A stretch of 38,412 nucleotides of DNA from NCBI GenBank assembly GCA_050694015.1, contig JBOGWY010000297.1, positions 1 through 38,412 on the forward strand, given 5' to 3'. The stretch is from Actinomycetota bacterium. GTDB taxonomy: Bacteria > Actinomycetota > CADDZG01 > WHSQ01. The position numbers and the translations under genes are program-made. The notes below the pieces were generated by a model. It was not told the DNA's origin. It saw only the letters and a program-made list of their open reading frames with translations, and searched no databases. Below, one piece after another: positions 25,142 to 32,194 of this stretch (its first letter is position 1; each line of letters begins with the position of its first letter).

Positions 25142-26371
25142 ATGAAATACGTCAGCGGGCTCCGGTGTAAGGAATGTGGGAACGCCTACCCGGTAGCCCC
25201 CCAGCACGTGTGCGACATGTGCTTCGGCCCGCTCGAAGTCTTCTACGACTACGAGGCGCTTCGCTCCGAGGTGACGCGGGCGGAGATCGAGTCGGGCCCC
25301 GACTCGATCTGGCGGTACTCGCCATTCCTGCCGACCCCGTCCTCCGGTGCCATCGATATCGGGGCCGGTTGGACGCGTTTCCGAGCGGCTCCCCGCCTCG
25401 CGGCCGAGATCGGTCTCCGCAAGCTCTGGATAAAGACCGACGGCGGTAATCCCACGCATTCGTTCAAGGACCGCGTCGTGACCGTCGCGTTATCGGTCGC
25501 ACGGTCCTTCGGTTACACGGTTGCCGCCTGTGCATCGACGGGCAACCTAGCGAACGCCGTTGCCGCGCATGCCGCTGCTTCCGGGATGGAGAGCGTCGTG
25601 TTCATCCCCTCGGATCTCGAGCGCGGCAAGGTCGCCGGAACGACGATCTATGGCGGCCGTGTCATCGCGATCGACGGCTCGTACGACGACGTGAACCGGT
25701 TGTGCGCCGAGCTGGCCGGAGCGGGCCGCGAGTGGGCGTTCGTGAACGTCAACTTCCGCCCCTTTTATTCGGAGGGTTCCAAGACGATGGGCTTCGAGGT
25801 CGCCGAGCAACTCGGGTGGCGCACGCCGGACGCCATCGTGGTGCCGGTCGCGTCGGGCTCGTTGCTCACCAAGGTGGCGAAGTCGTTCCGCGAGCTACAC
25901 GAGGTCGGGATCCTGGACGATGCACCGCAGACGACCATCCACGGTGCGCAGGCCGAGGGCTGCTCGCCGGTCGCGACCGCCTTCGAAGCGGGCGCGGAGG
26001 ACGTGCGCCCGGTCAAGCCCCAGACGATCGCGAAGTCGCTCGCGATCGGGAACCCCGCCGACGGCTACTACGCGCTCAAAGAGGTCCGCGCCACCGGGGG
26101 CCGCGTGGCGTCCGTTCCGGAGGACGCGGTGGCCGAAGGGATGCGACTCTTGGCGAGAACCGAGGGTCTCTTCACCGAGACGGCCGGTGGCGTGACGATC
26201 GCGACACTCGAGCGACTCGTAAGGGAAGGAGCGATCGCCCCCGACGACGAAACAGTGGTTCTCATCACCGGCGTCGGTCTCAAGACGATCGAGGCCCTGG
26301 GGGAGGTAGCGCCGACCGATCACATCGGGGGGAGCGTCGAAGAGGTAGATCGCATCATGCAGGAGGGTTGA
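25142..26371 (+). CDS. Threonine synthase-like PLP enzyme with an N-terminal 4-Cys zinc ribbon
   Basis: CKECG...CDMCFGPLE ribbon and the PLP lysine motif THSFKDR. ThrC-fold body. Immediately followed by a MoaD/ThiS-like gene. Confidence 0.85.
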   Translation: MKYVSGLRCKECGNAYPVAPQHVCDMCFGPLEVFYDYEALRSEVTRAEIESGPDSIWRYSPFLPTPSSGAIDIGAGWTRFRAAPRLAAEIGLRKLWIKTDGGNPTHSFKDRVVTVALSVARSFGYTVAACASTGNLANAVAAHAAASGMESVVFIPSDLERGKVAGTTIYGGRVIAIDGSYDDVNRLCAELAGAGREWAFVNVNFRPFYSEGSKTMGFEVAEQLGWRTPDAIVVPVASGSLLTKVAKSFRELHEVGILDDAPQTTIHGAQAEGCSPVATAFEAGAEDVRPVKPQTIAKSLAIGNPADGYYALKEVRATGGRVASVPEDAVAEGMRLLARTEGLFTETAGGVTIATLERLVREGAIAPDDETVVLITGVGLKTIEALGEVAPTDHIGGSVEEVDRIMQEG

Positions 26372-26376
26372 GAGTC

Positions 26377-26652
26377 ATGGCAGTGAAGGTGAAGATCCCG
26401 ACGCAACTACGAACGCTCACCAACGGCGAGGGTGAGGTCGAGGCCCAAGCGGGAGTTCTCGTCGATGTCATCGCAGATCTCGAAGCACACCATCCCGGGA
26501 TCAAGGACCGGTTGATGGATGGTTCGGGTGAGCTTCGACGTTTCGTCAACGTCTACCTCGATGACGAGGACGTTCGTTTCCTCGAAGGTCTGTCCACGAA
26601 CGTCCAGGAGGGCGCGCGCCTCTCGATCATCCCGGCGGTCGCCGGGGGTTAG
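26377..26652 (+). CDS. MoaD/ThiS/CysO-like sulfur-carrier protein (C-terminal GG)
   Basis: 91 aa, MAVKVKIPTQLR...RFVNVYLDDEDV...LSIIPAVAGG-stop. SD GGAGGG upstream. 5 nt after the thrC-like stop. Confidence 0.8.
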   Translation: MAVKVKIPTQLRTLTNGEGEVEAQAGVLVDVIADLEAHHPGIKDRLMDGSGELRRFVNVYLDDEDVRFLEGLSTNVQEGARLSIIPAVAGG

Positions 26653-26658
26653 CGGGCA

Positions 26659-27066
26659 CTACATAGCGGCGAGGGCGGTATCCACCTCTGCGGGGTGCGG
26701 GACTTTCCTCCAGCGTTCGATCACGTGACCGCTCGCGGTGATCAGGAACACCGTCGGTATCGCGCGCACGTCGTAGCGCAGCGCGAGGTCCGAACGATCC
26801 ATCGCATCGACGGTGGTCACCTCGGTCAGGCCCGGCCGTTTCTCGGCGGCCGTCTCCACGACGCGCAGCGCGGCCTTGCACGGACGACACGCCGGGGTCG
26901 TGAACACAACGAACGCGCAACATCCGGCCATGAGCTCGAGCCCGAGCTCCTCTATGTCGAGCCGGTCGAGCGCCTTGGCGGCACGACGGCGATAGAGCTG
27001 GAACAGCCCGAGGAGAACGAGTCCTACGAGCGCGGCGATGACGAGCGCCGCCAGACGCCCGCTCAC
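26659..27066 (-). CDS. Membrane-anchored thioredoxin-like protein (CRPC active site)
   Basis: N-terminal TM helix, FTTPACRPCK redox motif, cis-Pro motif IPTVFL. Its GTG start directly follows a TAA that closes the extended DUF4395 frame. Confidence 0.75.
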   Translation of the reverse strand: MSGRLAALVIAALVGLVLLGLFQLYRRRAAKALDRLDIEELGLELMAGCCAFVVFTTPACRPCKAALRVVETAAEKRPGLTEVTTVDAMDRSDLALRYDVRAIPTVFLITASGHVIERWRKVPHPAEVDTALAAM

Positions 27067-27486
27067 TTAAGCCTCTTTCGAGCGCACCCGCTGCACGAGC
27101 AGGTAGACCTCACAGCCAAGTCAGAAATTGGCCGTCGCGGCGAGCGCGGATAGCACGGCCACCATCAACGCGGCCCCCCATCCAACGATCCACCACGGCT
27201 GGGACTCGGACGCGGTCGCGAATAGGGCGATCGAACCGACGGTCAGGAAGACGGCGCCGAGGGTTTGGGCGAATCGCGGGGGTGCCGCGGGCTCCATCTC
27301 GCCCGGTGAGATCGGCAGGGCCTTGTAGAGGTAGGCCAGGAGGTTCCAGCGCGGCCCCCCGAGCGCGGCCAGAACGAGGATCGCGGCCAGGACGACGACC
27401 ACCCAGCGGGCGTCGACCAGGAACGCAACCGCGAGGGCGACGGCCTGCACGCCTTGAGAGAACCGGGGAAGTCGAGAGTCGATCAC
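27067..27486 (-). CDS. DUF4395-family membrane protein with an in-frame TGA (27121-27123), candidate selenocysteine. The conventional ORF would end at 27121.
   Basis: Strong SD (GGAGGAGGAAAGGAG) lies 5 nt before GTG 27486. PRF motifs (SRLPRF, APPRFAQ). After ...ATANF-TGA the frame continues LGCEVYLLVQRVRSKEA-TAA. Confidence 0.55.
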
Positions 27487-27753
27487 CCTTGCTCCTTTCC
27501 TCCTCCGCACAAGCTGCGCTGAAGCGCTGCTTGTCCTACGGAACCTGGGGGGACCCGCTCGCAAGCTTCGCTATCGTCCCCCCAGACCCCCCTGCTCCTT
27601 GAGCGATTTACGGCGTATCCATCGAGGGTACAACCGGTTATCTGTGTACCTCTGAGCCAGACCGGGTGAGCCAGACGCTCAAGTCAAGCCTTTCGCGCAC
27701 CGATTCAAGGGTGGCGACTATCCTTTTGCGATGGTGGCTGAAGGGAGAGGTAG

Positions 27754-28206
27754 ATGGCCCGCATCCTCATAGCCGAGGACAACGCTGAGATCCGCGCGTT
27801 GGTGAGTAGCATCCTGGTCGAAGAGGGCCACAAGGTGAGCGTGGCCCAGAACGGGCAGCAGGCGCTCGACCTCATGCTCGAAGACACTCCCGACGTTCTC
27901 CTGCTCGACATCATGATGCCCCAGATGGACGGCTACACCGTGCTCAAGGAGATCAAGTCGTCGGGCATCCGCGAGTCGATGAAGATCATGATCCTCACGG
28001 CGAAGACGTCGGAATCCGACTGGGTACGCGGTTACAAGTTGGGGGCCGACGCCTACGTGACCAAGCCATTCGATATCGACGAGCTCACCGGGCAGGTCGA
28101 CGAGTTGCTTTCGATGACCAAGGATCAACTCCGCCTCCGGCGCGAGCAAGAGCTCGACAAGGCTCAGCTCCTCTCCCGCCTAGAGTCCATCTTCGACTCG
28201 TCCTAA
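27754..28206 (+). CDS. Stand-alone response regulator receiver (CheY-like) with a C-terminal coiled-coil-like tail
   Basis: ILIAEDN..., LLLDIMMPQMDG (phosphoacceptor Asp), LTAKT, KPF motifs. No output domain and no kinase in the window. Confidence 0.85.
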   Translation: MARILIAEDNAEIRALVSSILVEEGHKVSVAQNGQQALDLMLEDTPDVLLLDIMMPQMDGYTVLKEIKSSGIRESMKIMILTAKTSESDWVRGYKLGADAYVTKPFDIDELTGQVDELLSMTKDQLRLRREQELDKAQLLSRLESIFDSS

Positions 28207-28245
28207 CCCGGGCGTTCTGGTACCACCCCGGTAACCTCGGTAGTC

Positions 28246-28848
28246 GTGAGGCGTCTTAACGATTCCCGAGGCCACGGCTCGAAAGAGTCCGTCTCCGCGG
28301 ATCTGATCGCTCGGTGCAAATCCGGCGACGAGGTCGCGTGGGGCCGGCTCGTCGAGGCGACGCACCGGGACGTTTACACGCTGTGCCTCCGGATCCTTAG
28401 AGATCCCGACGACGCCGCCGAGGCGACGCAGGATGCGTACCTCAAGGTGTGGCGGAACCTCAAGGGGTTCCGGGGGGATTCGATGTTCGAGACGTGGCTG
28501 TATCGCGTAGCGAGCAATGCCGCCATCTCGAAACATCGCAGCCGCAAAAGGAGGCAGTCGCACGAGGCAGGGACGCAGGACGAGTTGCTCGGCCAGATGC
28601 CGGCACCGGGATCGGTGGAGGCTACGGCGGGGGCGAAACTCGATGTCCAAGCTCTCGAGCGTGCGATGGCAACGCTGCCGGAGCACTACCGCGCCGCGGT
28701 GGTGCTGCGGGATGTGTATGGCTTGACGACCGAGGAGATAGCGAAGCAGCTGAAGATCTCGGAGACCGCAGCCAAGGTGCGCGTGCATCGCGGCCGCAAG
28801 CGGTTGAAAGAGATCATGTACGACGAACCGGAGGGGAATGCAACATGA
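28246..28848 (+). CDS. ECF-type sigma-70 family sigma factor
   Basis: Region 2 (DAAEATQDAYLKVWRNLKGFRGDSMFETWLYRVASNAAI) and region 4 (LPEHYRAAVVLRDVYGLTTEEIAKQLKISETAAKVRVHRGRKRL). Confidence 0.85.
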   Translation: MRRLNDSRGHGSKESVSADLIARCKSGDEVAWGRLVEATHRDVYTLCLRILRDPDDAAEATQDAYLKVWRNLKGFRGDSMFETWLYRVASNAAISKHRSRKRRQSHEAGTQDELLGQMPAPGSVEATAGAKLDVQALERAMATLPEHYRAAVVLRDVYGLTTEEIAKQLKISETAAKVRVHRGRKRLKEIMYDEPEGNAT

Positions 28849-29195
28849 AGTGCGCAGAGATCAGAGAGGTCCTACCGGCTTATGCCGACGATCCCGAGAC
28901 GACGCTGGCCGTCCGTCGTCATCTCTCGCGCTGCCCCGATTGCAAGGCGGAGCTCGCGCGCTACGACGAGCTGCTCGACGGCCTTGCCGCGATGCGATCG
29001 GTCGCCGTTGAGCCTCCCCTCGGTCTCGACCGATGGCTCGCCGAGATACCGAACACTCACAACAAGCTCGAGCAGGTGCGCGATCACCTCGCGCGCAACA
29101 AGCGTGCGTACGCGGGGGGCGTCGCGGTCGCGGTGCTCGGTGCCGCGGCAGCCACCCTCTGGCAGACGCGACGCGCTCGTCCCGTCACTGCCTGA
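28845..29195 (+). CDS. Zinc-binding (zf-HC2, ZAS-type) anti-sigma factor with a C-terminal TM helix
   Basis: ATGA overlap with the sigma gene. HLSRCPDC (H-x3-C-x2-C) motif. Hydrophobic AYAGGVAVAVLGAAAATLW segment. Confidence 0.7.
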   Translation: MKCAEIREVLPAYADDPETTLAVRRHLSRCPDCKAELARYDELLDGLAAMRSVAVEPPLGLDRWLAEIPNTHNKLEQVRDHLARNKRAYAGGVAVAVLGAAAATLWQTRRARPVTA

Positions 29196-29216
29196 GCAAT
29201 ACACTGCTACCCGCCC

Positions 29217-29294
29217 AGGGCGGTAGCTCAGTCTGGTCAGAGCGCTGGTCTCCAAAACCAGTGGTCGGGGGTTCGAATCCCTCCCGCCCTGCCA
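29217..29294 (+). tRNA. tRNA-Trp (anticodon CCA), 3' CCA encoded
   Basis: Hand-folded: acceptor agggcgg/ccgccct, anticodon arm ctggt-ctccaaa-accag, T arm ggggg-ttcgaat-ccctc, discriminator g, then cca. Confidence 0.9.
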
Positions 29295-29403
29295 CACCTA
29301 GAAGCAACATGGCGATGACCCAAGGTCCCGAACGACGTCATCGACGGGGCCACGGTGACACTCCCGTAAGGGTGCTATCACACTCCCTCGGAAGGAGGGA
29401 GCG

Positions 29404-30516
29404 ATGGACGACCGACACGAGCCGGAGGGCACCGACCCCGCCGGCAACGGTATCCAACGCGTCATCGCAGGGCTCTGGTACCTCGGCAAGCTGCTCTTCG
29501 CCCTGTTCGTTTTCGTGGGCGCCCTCCAGCTCATGAAGACCGGTGCCGGGAACCTCGACATCCTCAACAGCGGCGGCTTCCTCGTTAAGAACGCGGGCGC
29601 GACGCTGGGCCTCGGCTGGATCGGAGCCCTGTTCGTTCTGTCCGGTTCGCCCATGGCGGCGACCGCCCTGACTCTGGTTGCCGCGAACTCCGTTTCCGAG
29701 ATCGAAGGATTCACGATGCTGACCGGCTCCCGGTTGGGAGCCGCGTTCGTCGTCCTGGTGGTGGCCGTCGTGTACGCACTCCGGGGCGGCGCGGGGGAGC
29801 GCTTCAAGCCGGTATCGACCGCGATCATGGCCCTGTCGACCACCGCCGTGATCTACATCCCGGCATCGCTCATCGGATACGCGATCTTGCGGTGGCCGGC
29901 TTTCCACGACCTCAACCTGCACTTCCCCGGACAGTTCGGCGACCTGATCGATCTCGTCTACGGAGGGCTGCTCGAGCGTGTCGAGACGTGGCCCGCGTGG
30001 GTGGTGTTCCTCGGCGGTCTGGGAGTGCTGCTTCTCTCGTTCAAGTTGATCGACCTGGTGATCCCCGAGCTGAACGAACAGACGCTCGGGGAGCGGCGGC
30101 TCTCGTGGTTGACCAAGAAGTGGCCGATGTTCGCGTTGGGTTGCTTCGTCGCGCTGATCACGATGTCAGTGTCGGTCGCGTTGACGGTGTTGGTCCCGTT
30201 GGTGGCCAAGAAGTACGTCAAGCGCGAGGACATCGTTCCCTACATCCTGGGTGCGAACATCACGACGCTCGGGGACACGATGCTCGCGGCGTTCGCGCTC
30301 GACTCGCCCGCCGCGGTCCGGATCGTATTGGCGGGCATCATCTCGAGCACGGTCCTCAGTGTTCTGGTTCTGGCGTTCCTCTATCCGCAGTTGCGGACGA
30401 TGATCTTCCGGTTCCAGCGGAAGATGTTGAGGAACAAGACTCGTCTGGCCGCCTTCACCGCGGCCTTGTTCGCCGTTCCACTCGCGCTGATCGTGGGATC
30501 GAACCTGCTCGCCTAA
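29404..30516 (+). CDS. Polytopic membrane protein, Na/Pi-cotransporter (PF02690)-like two-repeat architecture (tentative)
   Basis: Two internally similar units (LSGSPMAATALTLVAAN...MLTGSRLGAA and ITMSVSVALTVLVPLVA...ILGANITTLGDT). Strong SD GGAAGGAGGGA. Confidence 0.5.
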   Translation: MDDRHEPEGTDPAGNGIQRVIAGLWYLGKLLFALFVFVGALQLMKTGAGNLDILNSGGFLVKNAGATLGLGWIGALFVLSGSPMAATALTLVAANSVSEIEGFTMLTGSRLGAAFVVLVVAVVYALRGGAGERFKPVSTAIMALSTTAVIYIPASLIGYAILRWPAFHDLNLHFPGQFGDLIDLVYGGLLERVETWPAWVVFLGGLGVLLLSFKLIDLVIPELNEQTLGERRLSWLTKKWPMFALGCFVALITMSVSVALTVLVPLVAKKYVKREDIVPYILGANITTLGDTMLAAFALDSPAAVRIVLAGIISSTVLSVLVLAFLYPQLRTMIFRFQRKMLRNKTRLAAFTAALFAVPLALIVGSNLLA

Positions 30517-30562
30517 GGCAGGGGCCGCAGGAAAGCGAAGGAGCCTCCAGAAATCTAAGGAG

Positions 30563-31768
30563 ATGCGAAGGCTCCTCGTTATCGCCGCATGTGCCGTCGT
30601 CGCTATGGCATCCCTTCCGCCGGGGGAGGCCGCGACGCGGTCGTGTCCGCGGCCGGGGATGCACGCGGCGGAGAAACATGCCTCCCAAGACGGGCACCGG
30701 CGTGAGTGCGGCCTCGAACTCATCGGGAGTATCGAGGTGTCGAAGACAGGGGGCCTCGGCCAGATCGAACGCTATGGGGACCTCATCGCCGTACTCCAGC
30801 GCGACGAAGGCATCGTCGCGCTCGTGAACGTCCGTGACCGGCGCCGGGCGAGGGTCGTCGGCCGCTACGACGACGGCGCGCAGGACTCGCTCGATGGCGA
30901 CCTTGTTTTCTCCGACGATGGACGGTGGCTCTTCTACGCGCGTCAAACCGTGCAGTTCTCACGCGACGGCATCCACGTTCTCGACGTCTCGGATCCGAAA
31001 GAGCCGCGCCTCGCGTCGTATCACCCCGGCGGAGGCTCCTTCCGCGTCGCGTATCACCGCTCCGCAGACGCGGAGTACGTCGCGGTGCTCGACGCGATCG
31101 ACGGTCTTGTGATCTACCGGTTCATCCGGGAAGCGGGAGCGTTGACACGTGTGTTCCAGGACGCCTTACCGGCGCTGAAGGTAGGCGGGCCGTCCTCGGC
31201 CGGCCTCTTCATCGATCCGAAGGATCCGAAGACCGGCGCGCCGCTGATGTACGTCGCGACGGGACGTACCGGCTTGCAGATCTACGACATCTCGACGCCC
31301 GAAGCCCCTGAGATCGCCGGGACATGGAACGAGATCGGTCTTTCCGACGTCGAGGTGCGCGCGACGAAACGCGGGCGCACGGTGTGGGGGGCTACGGAGT
31401 ACTGGTTCGATGCCGGACTCAAGCCCGAGGTGGTGGTTCTCGACGCGACCGATCTCGGAGCGATCAAGCAGACCAACCGTCTCAGCCTCGGTCTGCCGGC
31501 CGAGGACACGTGGCGCGTGCAGGGCATCGCGCGCTCCCGCGGTTCGCTGGTCGCGGCCCATTCGCACGCGGGCGTCGTGGTGTTCCGAGCGGACGGCAGC
31601 GTGCCGGCAGCGGCATCCTCACCGTTCGACCACAACGCCGAGGCGGGTGCAGCGGGTTCGGTCTATGCGATGGACGTCGAGAGCGTGGGCTCGTGGCTCT
31701 TCGTGACCGACGCCTCGACCGGTCGGCTGCACTTCTACGAGCCCCCGCCGATCTACATCGTGGACTGA
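30563..31768 (+). CDS. Secreted LVIVD-repeat beta-propeller-like protein
   Basis: Signal peptide MRRLLVIAACAVVAMASLPPGEA. Repeated G(I/L)x(V/I)xD(V/I)S(D/T)PxxP-type units (GIHVLDVSDPKEPRL, GLQIYDISTPEAPEI, VVVLDATDLGAI). Confidence 0.6.
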   Translation: MRRLLVIAACAVVAMASLPPGEAATRSCPRPGMHAAEKHASQDGHRRECGLELIGSIEVSKTGGLGQIERYGDLIAVLQRDEGIVALVNVRDRRRARVVGRYDDGAQDSLDGDLVFSDDGRWLFYARQTVQFSRDGIHVLDVSDPKEPRLASYHPGGGSFRVAYHRSADAEYVAVLDAIDGLVIYRFIREAGALTRVFQDALPALKVGGPSSAGLFIDPKDPKTGAPLMYVATGRTGLQIYDISTPEAPEIAGTWNEIGLSDVEVRATKRGRTVWGATEYWFDAGLKPEVVVLDATDLGAIKQTNRLSLGLPAEDTWRVQGIARSRGSLVAAHSHAGVVVFRADGSVPAAASSPFDHNAEAGAAGSVYAMDVESVGSWLFVTDASTGRLHFYEPPPIYIVD

Positions 31769-31897
31769 CGCCCTGAGTCCCTCTCATCCCTGAGGCTCAG
31801 GCGCACAAGCGTGCTAATCTGAGCCTTCATCCCCCGCTACTCCGGCCCTTTCGAAACGCGTCTTGAAGGGCGGCGTGGCGCTCGAGTCGGAGAGACT

Positions 31898-32191
31898 ATG
31901 AACCGCCAGCAGAAACGCATGATGAAGAAGGAGGAGGAGCGCAAGAAGGCCGCGCCGCGGCCGGCTCCGAAACCCGCCGGTGCCCCGACCAAACGGGAGC
32001 GGACCAAGCCCCGGCAGTTCGGGCGCGAGGTGGTGGCCGAGCTCCGCAAGGTCGCGTGGCCGACGCGCGAGGAGGTCGTGTCCTACTCGCTCGTGGTCCT
32101 GGTTGCGTCGATAGTCATCGCGGCCCTCATCTTCGGCATGGACTTCTTATTCACCAAAGCGATCCTGTCCCTATTCGGAATCGAGACTTAA
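31898..32191 (+). CDS. secE: Preprotein translocase subunit SecE
   Basis: Basic N-terminal tail, then REVVAELRKVAWPTREEVVSYSLVVLVASIVIAALIFGMD (the SecE signature helix). Directly upstream of nusG. Confidence 0.85.
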   Translation: MNRQQKRMMKKEEERKKAAPRPAPKPAGAPTKRERTKPRQFGREVVAELRKVAWPTREEVVSYSLVVLVASIVIAALIFGMDFLFTKAILSLFGIET

Positions 32192-32194
32192 GAG

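Noticed and set aside
25016-25459. N-terminal extension of the gpgS ORF (464-aa version)
   Set aside because: The extension is antisense to the thrC-like gene and has no GT81 similarity. ATG 25015 gives the expected length of about 316 aa and is preceded by a leaderless-type TAACCT box.
25702-26376. Long ORF (316 aa) leading into the MoaD-like gene
   Set aside because: The upstream 225 codons overlap the thrC-like gene out of frame and are Arg/Gly-rich junk. A good SD and ATG 26377 give a canonical 91-aa carrier.
17398-29294. tRNA-flanked genomic island with att repeats
   Set aside because: There is no integrase or recombinase. I found no direct repeat of either tRNA 3' end elsewhere in the window, and the GC and codon style of the intervening genes look native.
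31794-31825. Nested hairpin (ggctcag...ctgagcc) between the LVIVD gene and secE as an intrinsic terminator
   Set aside because: It is not followed by a T-tract, and it contains a TG-extended -10-like gtgcTAATCT (31811-31820). The function is ambiguous, so it is not reported as a feature.
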